Shown here one piece after another: positions 13,099-26,268 of a stretch of DNA of 64,000 nucleotides. Positions within the stretch are counted from its first letter, which is position 1. The number at the start of each line of letters is the position of its first letter. This stretch comes from Trichosphaerium sp. ATCC 40318 (Eukaryota; Protista; Tubulinea): NCBI GenBank assembly GCA_038496445.1, contig JALMLS010000342.1, positions 248,877 to 312,876 on the forward strand, in the 5' to 3' direction. The notes under the pieces were generated by a model, which saw only the letters and a list, made by a program, of their open reading frames with translations, ran no database searches and was not told the origin of the DNA. The translations under genes were made by a program, and so were the position numbers.

Positions 13099-15015
13099 TC
13101 ACGTTGTAATGCCGACTGGTACATTTCCAAATGCTTTGTTTTGTTTTAAACCACAGTTAATCTGTGCAACCATTGCCTGTCGTATACTGTCGTATACAAT
13201 AGTAGGCAACTCCATCTTTTTAGTAGCAGCAGCAGCCTGATATCTTCGTTAGAAATGAAATTTATTAATGTTATATCTGAACTCACGTTAACGCTTTCAA
13301 GTCTCTTTCTAAATTCTTCCAACTCTCGCTCTAGCTCGTACATATCTTCATTATCAAAATCTGTATCCGGATACGTGTCATCCGACAAGTCCTGCCGTAA
13401 AGTAAGCACTGAAAAACTAAAAGAGTGAAAACACAGTACCAGTGATTTAGATAAATCTCTATTAGAAGAACAATTAGATGTTTCATCCGATTCATCATCT
13501 AATGATTGTAAGTAAAACATTGATTTGTCAATACCACGTGCGCATGCTGTTTGTTCTACTATGTCCTTTTGTAACGACTGGAGAATCAGAACCTTGCTTT
13601 TTCTTATGTGGTTCTTTCTTCTTCCTCTTTTTCGGTTTCCTTTTCTTCTTTCCCTGATTTTTACCCTTACGCTAACAAAAAACAGTCATGAAATTATAAT
13701 ATATAGTGGATAGTACATCATCATCGCCTTCAATAAAAGCCATAAGATCGGATATAGGCCGGGGATCTTCCACTCAGCGTTAGTAATTAAAATTAGGTAA
13801 AGTAGTACCTTTTGGAACTGACTTCTGCATGGTTTTATTTCGCTTTCGTCGGTTAGGGTCACACAACTTTGAACGTAGTTTATCACGTGTGGTTGGAGGT
13901 GGAGCTTCATTTCGTTAGCAATAATCGGAATAATATGGGAGTTAGAGAATTTTTCGTCAGGGAGCAGCCACTTCGTGGCCACAATGAAAGTTGTAAGGTA
14001 ATTGTTTATAATGTTTCACAAGCTGTGTGTACGCACCATCATCTTCTGGAGTGAAGTCATATAGTATATTAAATGTCCTTCGAATTTCAGCTGGACTTTT
14101 ACCTGATGAGTTAGTTAGTGGAGACCTCGTCCATATACGAGCGAAACAAACCTTTTAATAACTGCGCAATAGCCTGGCATGTGAGGTCTACTAAAGGTTT
14201 TATTTTTAAATGATAAGCTACCTACAAGGGAGTGAGGAACAATGAAAAGCACCGTATACAAACTGGTAGAAGGAGGTTATACTAAACGTACGGATGCTAG
14301 TTCACAAAGGAGGCCTGGGTCCAAATCGCGTAGTTTATCATCCCAGTCCGTAAAAGCATTTTTTTCTTCGACTTCACCTTCAGGTTGAGGGTCAACTTCA
14401 CGTTGTCGTATGCGACAGTAGTCCAACACCTTGAAAAAAAAAAATATGCCGTTAGGTAACGGAAGAAATATGAATTACACGAGCTAAAAAAAATATATAC
14501 CTGAGAAAGAGCTCTACCAGTGATGTTTTCTAGCTGAAATACGACTGGTTTTCCATCCTTTTGTTGTTCTACTAAAAGTGTAAATTTCAGCGATTGTGGC
14601 ACATCAATTAGCGTATTTAGAGCAGTTACGCAATGTACACCGTAAAAACAGTGTTTATACGAATGAATAAAAAAAAACCGGTGTTATTTGGCGTTTTTGT
14701 ACGAAGACACAAAGTTACAATGCTGAAAACAAACTACAAAAACCCACGATGTAGTATATAATGTTAATGGAAGGTTAAAAAGAGCGTACCTAGCTTTGTT
14801 CGGATCGTTTGAGACATTCTTAACAATACGTTTTTATTCACGTCTATGACCATACCATCTGAGCACTCAAATGTAATGGTATCCCCTTGGTGCAATGTGA
14901 CGGTGCAATGTTTTTTAAGAACGGCTACATCAACGTCCGCGTTTTCACCTTGTATGGCCGTTGTATCTTCATCTGAAGCTTCAGATGACGAGTTTAGCTT
15001 TGTATCGGCTTGCAT
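13099..15015 (-). CDS. SKP1-like protein with long C-terminal extension (ASK20/ASK21 type)
   Basis: POZ-like TITFECSDGMVIDV..MSQTI; SKP1 dimerisation motif [42 protein letters not shown]; C-terminal DPRPISDLMAFIEG and DFDNEDMYELERELEEFRKRL motifs as in plant type-II SKP1s. Confidence 0.85.
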
Positions 15016-15622
15016 TTGTGGCCAATAGAATATCTTATCAATTTTGCTTGTAGTCTAGTGGTTCACGCTAGTTAGCAGCCGATCGAGTGTGCAAAGTAGT
15101 GGTTTGACCAATGAATACCAAACCAAGGGTGGCTGTTCCAAAAGGTTATGAAAAAAATTGAGATGCATCACAGCTCATGAGCAAGCGAGAAACCAATCAA
15201 ACAGTACTTTATTTCTGTTGTTTATTGCCTATGTGGAATTCGTCGATTTGCTTATTCTATCACGTTTTTTGTAACAAAACTAGCTACAACACCCTAATAT
15301 ACTAATTGTAGGAAAGACAACAGCATATCGATCAAAATATTAAAGTTACATAACAAATCCCAATGCAAAACCAACTAGATTGTATTGAGGCATGTGGAGG
15401 AGACATTTTTTCGGATATTTCTGTACAGCAATCCGGAAAGTTTTTTCTATGGATTGAAACGCTGCCAAAAGTGCAACTAAGAAGTCTGGAATAGAGTCTT
15501 TTATCTTAATTTGTTCTTCGCTCAAATATGTGAAATAGCAAAATAGTCAAAGTAATTAGTAGCTTTTAGTATAACCAACCTCAACGTGATTGATTGGCAA
15601 ACAGCATAAACACAAATTTACA

Positions 15623-17340
15623 ATGACATACCGCATCGCAATATTGCTTTCTATTTGTATGGTCGCGAGCGTCGCAAATATCCTAATAGTTACGAACGGT
15701 ACACCAAATCACCATTAGCCACAGTCTGATAGTGTCCAAATTTCTAAGTATCCGCGCGTAGGAACCTCAACGGAGTATGTTGCCACTCCGTACTTTTTCG
15801 GACGAAACTCAAGAGCTGTATTTGAGCCAGTAAACGCCACTATAATAACACCCACAAAGGACAATAATATTTCTGGTATTTTTTGTTCAATTTCGAAATT
15901 GATTTATAACACACTTTAGGCAAAGTTGTATTTGCAACATATCCTCATGATAGACGCATGTATAGGGAATGGTTCAATCGCGGAGCTGTTGGGATTATTG
16001 AATACTTTGAATCAATAAGCGATGTGGGCGTTGGGAAAGGCAATTACATCAAATTGTATGGAGGTAAGTACAGTTCCAAAGATAAAATAATATCACGTTA
16101 TTAAACGAATTATTTTAGACACACTTGATAACCTTGGAGTACCTATATTAGCTCAAAAACATCTATCCTCAATCGAGGATGGATCGCACGTTACGTTGAT
16201 GTTCTCTGAAAACGTGTGGTACAATACCTTTATGAGCCCATGGGTTATAGGTTCGTTCCGGCCACCGTACCAAAACAATTGTTATTAACGAGCTGGCAGC
16301 GGTGCATGTATTCCTGATTGTCCTCACATGTGCTTCTTTTTCTGTTTCCATCATCAGGTACCTACAATTATGGAAAACTCCGTAACCTTTTTTAGGATGA
16401 CACAGTTTGTAGCAATAGATGGCTTCCGTTTATCAATTCCGAAAGTAGGGCTATTTATTGAATTAGTAGCCAATAGCTTTCGTTTGGCTTGGTGTATCCC
16501 TGACCCACACGGATACTTGTTCATCGTTCCTGGATGGTACAATAGGCTGTAAAAAACACTATAACTTAAAAAGCTTAGGTATGACGAGGTCTTCAAAGTG
16601 TATTATACTCTTTTTTCCAACATATCGAACTTATTGATAGTTTTGTATTGGCACGAATCAATGACAAGCCTCAGTCTAGAAGTTACACCTTACCTTAAAA
16701 AAATGGCTATACCTTTTTACATCGCGGCTGGCGCAATTGTATTCGCAGAAACTTTGTTGTCAATAGTGCGAATTGCCTTATTCCCAGGTACTAAACCAAT
16801 GACTAATATCTTCAAAGCGAAAACTAACTAATTCAGAATATGATCTCACATACACATTTTATGCAACTGCAGTATTTCATACGATTGCAAATGTGTCAAT
16901 AATAGTGTACCTGTCAATTATCTCCTACAGGCTATTGAAGCGCCTCCGCCACCAATCGTCACGTAATAACGGGTCTAATGGTATGATAACACGACTACTG
17001 ATTCGTGTATCCACCAGCCTATTCATTATGATTGGCCTCGTAATTCAAGCAGCATGCTGGATTTTGTTCCCAAGTGTACGCTCGGAGCCAGGTGCGCTTA
17101 TCTCAAACTAAGTTGTATACTAACTTTAACATTAAAGTTCCTAAACTAGTCTATTGGTCTATGGCAGTTGTAAACTTTAATGCCTTGTCTGTTATACAGG
17201 CGCTAAGCTTTATACCTTCCAGGCTTCGTAGAAAGACGACAAGCGCCAGAAGGAGCGATCTCAGTTCAACCAGAGAAAACGGGCTACGCGTTGCCAGTAT
17301 TACTAGCAACGCGCCAAACACTGCTAGTGTTACTAGCTAA
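15623..17340 (+). CDS. Signal peptide + PA-like ectodomain + ~7 TM membrane protein, paralog 2
   Basis: MTYRIAILLSICMVASVAN leader; ISGKVVF..NRGAVGII..LGVPIL (PA-like); TM segments with PDPHG and LIVLYWHE; basic Ser/Thr-rich tail ending at 17340. Confidence 0.7.
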
Positions 17341-17634
17341 ATATCACGTGATTTGTAGATTAAAATGACAAATAGTACTTTTAGGGCAATACAACCACAT
17401 TCAGTTTTTGCTGTTTTTTTTTATTTGAAATTTTGCAATCGGTGTAACTCGAATTGCACACCCTCACGATCGCTTGTTCTCTCGCAGTGCCGTCCAACTA
17501 TAACTTTGAGTAGTTTTTACCCATTGTTTGCAATTTGTCATTTTCTTGATTTTACTCCCACATTTTCCTGGTGTGAATAATGTCCTTGACCCCTTTCCTA
17601 CTTCTTTGTACAAGCCATTAGCATATTTTGAGCC

Positions 17635-18747
17635 ATGGAGAAGTACAGACGCGTAGAAAAAGAGAAACAGCATGAGGAGATACAACCGAACGAAATCAGA
17701 ATAACAACTGGTGGTAAGATGAGGAACTACATCAGCTATGCCACAAACCTCCTTCAAGTACAAATTAATTGTTATTGCTACTTTACCCAATACTGCTTTT
17801 TGCATGTTTTTTCCTATCAGTAGATTATCAATACGCATTTCTCAGCGCGAAATTAGGAAAAAGAGCACAAAGATATTACACTGAAAGCTATGGGTCGCGC
17901 TATTTACAAAACGGTATGTCTTGTACAACAACGCGTTCTACATGGATTATTAACTTTTTTTTTTTTTTTGTTAGGTTACAATCGCCGAAATCATCAAAAG
18001 GCGCATAGCGGGTACAAAATACATTCGTACTCTGTAAGCCAGCTCTAACCAAATTACCCCACAGGCTTGCACCAAAATACTGTCATTGAATCTACTGACA
18101 TTACAGACGAGTGGATGCCACTAGAGGAAGGCTTGGACCCAATCAAAACAACGAGGAATGTATCATCCATCCAAATTACTCTCTCATTGGAACAATTGGA
18201 CACCACTACCCCAGGTTACCAAGAACCTATCCCAGAGGACCAAGTAAAGCCTCAGCAACAATACCACGGAAGATCGCGTTATAAGGGAGATCGCAACGAC
18301 AACCGTGACAACAGAGGAAATCGAGGACGCAACAATCGTGGAGACGATCGTGATGATGACCGCGATGATCGCGACGATGACAACAACAACCGCGGATATC
18401 GTGGCAATCGCAGAGGAGGTTACAAAGGTCACGGCAACAGAGGTGGCAAGGGTTACAACAGAAACTATCGTGGAGGATACCAAGGAAACAGACGTAACTA
18501 CGACAACTATGACCAGGATGACTACGACAATCGCGACAACCGTGACAACCGCGACAACCGCGATAACCGCGATAACCGCGACTATCAAAATGACGATAAC
18601 GACGATCAAGACCAAGGTGGATACCGTGGATACCGTAACAGGCGTGGAAGAGGCCGAGGAAGAGGTAGAGGAAGAAGGAATAGAGGTAGAGGCCGCGGCG
18701 GTCGCCAAAACTCCAACCCTCCCCGAATGAGAGACGATAACGAATAA
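17635..18747 (+). CDS. Alba/Rpp25-like nucleic-acid-binding protein with RGG/RDN low-complexity tail
   Basis: MEKYRRVEK..NEIRITTGGKMRNYISYA, LKAMGRAIYKTVTIAEIIKRRIAGLHQNT..TDEWMPLEEGL..TRNVSSIQITLS..LDTTTPGYQEP; RG/RGG-rich C-terminus. Confidence 0.92.
18526..18582 (+). repeat. Coding 9-bp tandem repeat (GAYAAYCGY) x6 encoding (DNR)6
   Basis: gacaatcgc gacaaccgt gacaaccgc gacaaccgc gataaccgc gataaccgc within the Alba tail. Confidence 0.85.
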
Positions 18748-18852
18748 TTGACAAAAACAAATAAAAAACCCACAGTTGTTTGGTTAGTTTCGAAATTTTT
18801 TATTCATCGACCAAGATTTAATTTACACGAGTTGAGTGCGGTGGTTACGTTG

Positions 18853-20045
18853 CTATTTTTTGTCCTTGTCCTTCTTCTGATTTTTCTACAGAGGAGAAAT
18901 ATTTAATTTTTTGTTGTTACAAAGTAACCAATAAATCGCAACGCGTACCTTGCCACCCTTTCCCTTAGCCACGTTGTCGTTATGTCTCTTGTCCAAGGAT
19001 CCATTGCTCTTGGCCTAAATACAAAATCTGTGAACAAACCGCAGCCAAAAAGAAAAAAAAAACGTACATCACGATAAAGTGCCGCGTATTCGTCCGTTCC
19101 GAAGTAGTCTATCAATGCTGATTGTCCGCGTTTGGCCTCCGTGTCAATTCCCTTGTGAATTTCTTTATTCGCAGACAGCTGTACTTTGTTAAGAGCAGGA
19201 CACTTGCCAAGATCTGGCGGAAGCAAGTATATGTCATTAAAGCGCAGATCGAGCTCCTAAACCCCTGTGTTAAATAGCAACCTCAAAAAATAAAATGTCT
19301 ACCCTCAAGGATGTGCACTTGCCAAGATCTTCAGGCAGGATATCGATTTTATTGTTTTCTAAGACAAGCTATACAAAAATTGTGAGTGTTTTGCTTGCAC
19401 GTGGGGTTTTTTTTTTTTTTGATTGAAATAAGTTAGGCACCTTTTGGAGGCACAAGCAGCGCCCAATATCAGGAGGTAGAGTTGTAAGCTTATTCCAAGA
19501 GCAATAAAAATCTCTGAGGGTTGAAAGAAGACCAATTTGAGGCGTAATTTCTTCCAAGTCGTTGTAACTCAAGTCCAAAGTTGTTAGTTTGTTGTAAGCA
19601 CCAAACCCTATTTTTTTTTTTAACGTTAGCATACCCTGCACAAGCAATGAAGCGTATACGTACCTCTTGGTAACGTCTTCAATTTATTACAACTCAAAAT
19701 CATACGTTCCAGCTCCAGGAGCGTGGTAATTTCGCCAGGCAATACAGTCAAGCGGTTTGAGCAGAGGTTCAACTCTTTTAACTTGCGCAATTGTCCAATT
19801 TCCGGTGGCAAGTTGGAAATGCTATTGTAACTTGCATTTAGGTACTCGAGGGCAGTAAGCTTGTTTATGTTGTGGGGAATATTGCCAAGGTTCTTGCTTT
19901 TTACGTCCAATCGTACAGTTTGTGGGATCCTACCCTTTTTTTCGAGGCTGGGTGAAGTATAAACAAAATGGCGACAGTTGAACGTTTTTTTATTTCTTTG
20001 CAAAATAGTGTACCTGTCTATGTCCTTAGCTAAATTTGCGCCCAT
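18853..20045 (-). CDS. Small leucine-rich-repeat protein (RSU1/SHOC2-like LRRs), possible N-myristoylation
   Basis: Repeated LxxLxLxxNxLxxLPxxIG units; N-terminus MGANLAK; basic C-terminus. Confidence 0.88.
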
Positions 20046-20215
20046 GGTTTTTTAGCTGTTGAATTTAAAAGTCTCCACGCCCAAAAAACGCTGTTGGGGT
20101 AGTTATTTTCAATTTTAATTCTACTGTTTTTGACTTATGCGACTCCGTTGAAAAAATTCTCTTGATTTTCTCCCTGTACCCTGAACGTATAAGCTTCAAA
20201 AATCAATAACGCAAC

Positions 20216-23200
20216 ATGGCAGAAACTAGTCGCTTATGGCTCGCAGGAGGAGAAGACAGTGACTCAGATGAAGATGATTTCGCCTATGGAAGTTCTACAG
20301 ACGAAGGTGGCCTCTCTGATGACAGCGAAGAGAGTGACGATAACAATCAAACTTCTTCTTTTTTCGACGCTGGGTCGTCAGAAGAGGAAGACGATAAACG
20401 TTTCGTTAAATCTGAGCGAGCGAAGCAATTTGAAAGAACACAAGGTAAATTTGTTTACAAACGTTCTAAAATACTGTGAATGTAGTACTTACATGTTACA
20501 GAGTTTACTACAAGGATAACAGATGCAGCTGACAAGAACGAATGGATTGATGTTAGCACTGGTACACCGTTTTTGTTATTTTCACGCTATTCAAAATAGA
20601 AAACTTATGGCGCTTGCTGCGTTTTTTTTTTGAATAAAACTCCTTATTGTGTCGTTCTTACGCGTAGAAATTTGCTCCTATCGCTCCTTTAGCTTCCTTT
20701 TTGTTTCTAATACATGCTAGAATGGACACCTTTCTTGAGACAATACAAAATTACAACCAAGCTACAACTATTCGACAAATATGGTTATCCTAGATTCTTA
20801 GTGCGGTGTTTGGTCAAGTTAGCTGAAACCGTACGCAAATTGGGTAAAAACATGAAGGCTATCCAAAAAGTCATAAAAGGTACTGTAGCCACTTGTTACG
20901 CGCCGTGGTGCTTACTTGTTTCGCTAAATTAAGATGGTAATCAACGTAAATCGTACATTCGCTTCCAATCCCAGTTCACGAAGTGGATTAACAGCCAATC
21001 TGAGCTCAAAGAAAAGGTTGACAACTTTGAAGAAGGTCCTGATGATGAGGAATATGATGACGAAGCAGATGGCGATGGCGAAGGCAAACGTAAGAGCTAC
21101 TTGGCTTTTCCATATTTCTGCTCCTAGTCGCTCACTCAACTGTGTAGAGGATCTTAAATTAGAAACTGGCGGCGATGATGAAGATGGTGAAGACGAAGAA
21201 GATGAGGCTAAAGAAGAGACTTGGACAAAAGAAATCATTGAAGAAAAAATTGATTATTTGTTGAAACAAAGAGGTAAAAAAGTACGTTGTTGTGTATCAT
21301 ATCTCTATAAGGGTTTTTTTTATTTATACCAACATTAGTACGACAGAATCAAGAGAATTGCTCGATGGGAAAAAATGCTTGTGCTAGCCGAGAACAAGGT
21401 ATTTACTTACCACACGCGTAAAAATTAATCTAATTTTCGCTAGAAATTTGTTCCTGGACGCCTCCTTGAAGTTAAATTCTACTTAATTAACGCTATTTTG
21501 GACGTTAACCCAACTGTACTGTTACCTATGGCAACTGACCACTGGAAAAAGTGCGTTTGAATGTACGAAGTTAGACTAAACTTGTTGCGTAGGTGCTTTG
21601 TAGTGCTCACTGATATCCTCGAGCAAGTTATTGAAAATGATAAATTGGTTGCTATTAACGTAATCAATCCTGATGTAGTCGCTTCTCTTACCGAACAAGA
21701 TGACACTAAGTATTACGTTCAAGGAAATTTATCCCAGAAACTAAGACGACTTGGTGATGAGGTAAAGTGCACTTATCTTTTTTGTCTCTTTGATGCAGGC
21801 GCTTACAACTTTCATTAGTTGTTCAGAAGCCTTCGTAGTCTTGATGTGCACAAAGGCGAATACGTCGATAGGTTGAAGGACGAAGTGCCATTCTACCTTC
21901 TATTGACACGAGCTCAAAATTACTTTCAAGAAATGGGTAAATTCAAACTCGTTGCTGGTTTCGCCAGCGGACGTGCTGAATTGCTCTACTACCGCAAGAG
22001 TATGCCACAACCTTCTGTAACATACAGAGTACCAAAAGATGTTTCCGTACCAGAAGACGCTCTTGAAGAACTCAAACTTTGCGCCTCAACTGTATACAAG
22101 CACGGCGCTGACTCCTTGAAGAGAATGGTAGTTATACAGCAAGTCTACGCACTAGCTATTCGGGATTTGTATTTCGAAGCTAGAGATTTGATGTTAATGA
22201 CCCACCTTCAAGATACAATCGACAAAGCTGAACCTGTTGCCATGATTTTGTTTAATCGTGCCATTGCTCAACTCGGGCTTGGCGCTTTCAGACTTGGTCG
22301 TATCTACGAAGCACAGCAATGTTTGGCCGATCTTGTTGGAAGCAACAAAATCCGTGAGATGTTAGCTCAAGGTGTAAGCCGTTACGCTCAAGATAAAACC
22401 CAAGAGCAAGAAAAACAAGAAAGGAAAAGACAGATGCCTCACCACCTTCACATATCTACAGAACTTATTGAAGCTTCGTACCTTATCTCAGCTATGCTTT
22501 TAGAGATTCCAAACATGGCTAGACGCGACACAAGACCAAAGGTATGCAGCGCCCTTTTGTTTTTGTTTTCTCCTTTCCTTCATTGCTTTCGTGTCGTAAC
22601 AGTAATCTTTAGTTGCACAGCAAATCGTTTAGAAAGACTATGGATTTCCACAACCGTCAAGTATTCCGTGGGCCGCCAGAGAGCTCAAAAGAAGCTATTG
22701 TTGCCGCTGCCCAAGCAATGCAAGTTGGCGATTGGCAAACAGCGCAAAATCATGTTATCGGCTTGAGTGTTTGGCGTTATGTACCATCCTTTGAAGAGAA
22801 GATTGCACCTCTTCTTAAACAGTACGCTTGTTTTTCTTTCTTGCATTTTCATTTTCTGACGATGTGTTTTAGGCAAATCCGAGAGCAAACACTAAAAACG
22901 TACTTGTTCTCATACGGCAAATTCTATGAAGCTTTGAGTTTGGACCGTTTGATGGATATTTTCCAATTGACAAAGTACGTTATAAATTTTTTGTTTGCGA
23001 TTGTGACTAACATGGTTTTTTTTCTACAGGAGTCAAATACACAGTGTAGTCAGTAAGATGATGATCTCTGATGAATTGCCAGCTTCTTGGGATCAACCAA
23101 CTGGAACTATCATCTTTAACCGTGTTGAGCCAACGAAGTTGCAACAAATTACATTACAACTCGCTGACAAGGTAATCTTATTGATTTCCGTTTTAAATAA

Positions 23201-23467
23201 TCTACTAAAACTGTGTTTCTAGGCAACTCAAGTTATTGACAACACTGATCCTGACTCCAAGTCATATGCTCACAGAGACAACAGGTGGCAAGATTCCCGA
23301 TTCCGTTATGGTACCGCGAGGATTTGAATGAGTTGACAACATTATCTAACACTTTTTTTAGCAAACAGAAGAAATGATCGTGGTCAAAAGTACGGCCATG
23401 ACAGAAACCGCAGGTAGATAATATCAGCACTTTGTTTATTGATTACTTACGCACATATAGGAAGTGA
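20216..23467 (+). CDS. eIF3c: Eukaryotic translation initiation factor 3 subunit C
   Basis: Acidic N-terminus with VKSERAK; YVDRLKDE; FEARDLMLMTHLQ; ILFNRAIAQLGLGAFRLG; RQMPHHLHISTELIE; QVFRGPPE; PCI end VVSKMMISDELPASWDQ. Confidence 0.96.
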
Positions 23468-23742
23468 AACAAATAAGGTAGTCAAGTGGCGAATTTTGGA
23501 GTTCCCTTTTTGTAATAAAATAAATACGCTAACCTTACCCAAACCTGGTTTTTCTTTATTTTTTATTGGTGGGGAGGCGGCTGGTATCACATTTCTTGCT
23601 GTTGCGACCTGTGTTGAATTTTTTTTCTGATTGTTTATTAAATTCAACCCATAATCCATAAGGGTACTGTCAGTGCCCTCAAATGCGCTAAGCCATAGTG
23701 TAATTAATGACTACAGCTTGTTATGATTTGTTCTTGCACGTT

Positions 23743-25755
23743 ATGGCGTGTTTGCGCCCAGGAGCCTCGTGGCGTTCATTCAAGCTGTAAGAAGCGTATG
23801 ATAGTGAATAATTTGTACTAATCCAAACTTAAAGCTGTTACCAAGCGAAACCTCTTCGCTGATGGCGCCAGTGTCGCTCATAGCTTCTGGAACGAAATGT
23901 CAAACCGACGAGCATTCTTTAATTCCATTAGAAAGCAGTTAAACGTTGTACACGACGAAGATTGGTACAATGTTACAATTCGAGAGATTGGGCTGTACGT
24001 ACCAAGTCAACATTGTATCTTTTCGTTAATATGGGTTTAGCTTGGAGGATTTGGTCTTCTTAGGCGGTATTGTAGTAGTTGCTTGTAATTCATTATGACA
24101 ATACCAGGTATAAGGGATCACTATGCAACACTCTTAGAGAGACTTTCCCTGAACGTGTTTGGATTGAGTATAGGTTCAAGTACGTTGTTGATAACATCAA
24201 CACGTGATAGTATCAGTTATTCTCATTTCATATAAAGGAGCAAGAGGCGCAAAGATATTACAGCAAACTCACGGAAGAGATTTGATCAGGTGTGCTTAGT
24301 TGTCTTGTTAAATCGAACTCTAACATAGTTCAGATTGCAGCACGTATGGGTATTAAAACAAGAGATGATTGGGATAAAGTTACAGCAGATGATGTAAAAC
24401 GTGAAGGAGGAAACAGTACTTTGAACAAGTATGTATTAACATGTTCTTACATACGTGCTGATGCAACCAAGATATAGCAAATCTGTTAGTCATGCCGTAA
24501 ACTGTCTCTATGGTGGCGAGAGATCATTGTAAGTGCAACACTTTAAACAGCATGGTGCAGCATTTATAACTTAAAAAGGTATGGGCGCAAGCCTATTGGT
24601 TTTTGGCGTAACAAGTCAAATCAACGCGAACACTTTGAAGAGATAGCAATGAGTTTAGATGTTAAAACTATAGATGATTGGCGTAACCTAAAATATCGGG
24701 ATCTCATCCCGTTTGGAGCTAGAACAATACTATGGCTGTATGAAACTCACTTTTTTTTTTGTTCTAAGGGATGTTGTCTTTTAGGTACAATGATTCTATG
24801 AGAAAAGCATTGAATGTGATATATCCAGAATGGGAATGGAAGCTTAACAAAAAGCCAAGGTTGAAACATTCAAACGAAAGAAAAACTAACCTTGCCTTAG
24901 GCACAGGAGTGGTCATTGGCAAGATATTAGTAACATCACTTCTTACTTGCGAAGAGTAGCTTCTGATAATGATATCACTGAACCTAGTGGTTGGTATCGT
25001 ATATCTAAAGAGCAGCTTGCTGCTAGAGGAGGTGCTGGTGTTCAAACATATTATCCACGGATTCTACAAACAATGTATCCAAATGTAAAGTTCACTTGGG
25101 AGAAGTTTGGATTCAAAGTTCAAACAAAAAAAGCCAAGCAATGTGTTTTGCTCATGCAAGTTCAACATTTATTACCAAATACGGCTGTGTTAGAGGAACA
25201 ACAGATTGGTACAAGGGACAATGGTAGTGTCTTGACTATAGATGTATTCGTTCCCAAGTATAAAATGGCTTTGGAGTATCAAGGTAAACGCACCATGCTT
25301 GCAATTTGCTTACTCTTTTTATAGGAGAACATCACTACAACAATCCTGTTGTATTTAGTGTACCCTCAACTGTCTTTTCTTCCTTGGATGATGAGAAAGT
25401 GCGACTTTGTACAAAGATGGGTTCGTCTCTTAATAAACTTATGTTGTTGTTAAATATGCACTTTAGGGCTGTCGTTGATTCCTATTCCTTATTGGTGGTA
25501 CGTTTCTAAGTGACTATTGTGTGGACTATTCTTACTTCATATTGTAGGAACGGAGACTTGCCTTCGCTAGCTAGTACAATTATGTACTATTGTCCTAGTA
25601 TGAGTTTTGATATAGCCAATGGCGTTGCCCCACTCATTAATTCGCCGTTGGCACTTGAAGACGGTGCTGGTGCGTTGGTGATTTATGATTGTTGATACTG
25701 AAAAACCTACGTAGGCAAAGTAATGAATTGTGATGCTGTTCAGTTTTCAACATAG
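23743..25755 (+). CDS. Trp-rich ~70-aa repeat protein (about 4 units) with C-terminal PD-(D/E)XK (Vsr/DUF559/RAP-like) nuclease domain; paralog 1
   Basis: Leader MACLRPGASWRSFKL; units such as FWNEMSNRRAFFNSIRKQLNVVHDEDWY..GG..LLRRYKGSL..L..TFPE..W..RF; tail VLEEQQIG..LTIDVFVPKYKMALEYQGEHHY..DDEKVRLC..GLSLIPIPYWW. Confidence 0.8.
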
Positions 25756-26268
25756 AACAAGAATGAAGGAAATCGCGTTTAGTCTACTCGTGCTGCACGT
25801 CAGATTGAGTGACAATCACATGTGTATTGTTCACATGCAAAGTAAATTATTCAAACAAAGCCTAACTAAGGGCTACACAGGCGCAATCTAAGAAGTATGA
25901 ACAGTTGTTACATTAATTTGTAGCACAAAAAATGTGAAACTATTGTAAGATATGTACAAACAAATGTCGAATCTTTATAACTGGTGTTTATTCCTTATTT
26001 ATTTTAAATTCAAGTGATTTGATGAAGTACTTAAAAGTAGTTGCGTCAATGCAGTATCTTGCGCGAGGGCGTGTTTCCTATGACCTTGGCACTAGAGAGC
26101 ATAGACGTTCATTTTGAATAACTCTGTGGGAGGTCATGGCTGTAATCTACGTGGAGAGTGCCAGTATGCCGTATCACACCATGGTTATGATATCCGAGCA
26201 CGGCGAGGTTTTAGTAACTAGTTCAGCTTTGATTGAAGTCCATTTCGGGAGTCACAAATAGCCAACTT

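Noticed and set aside
18184-18760. Overlapping ORFs in several frames and strands over the Alba tail
   Set aside because: By-product of the stop-poor RGG/DNR repeat.
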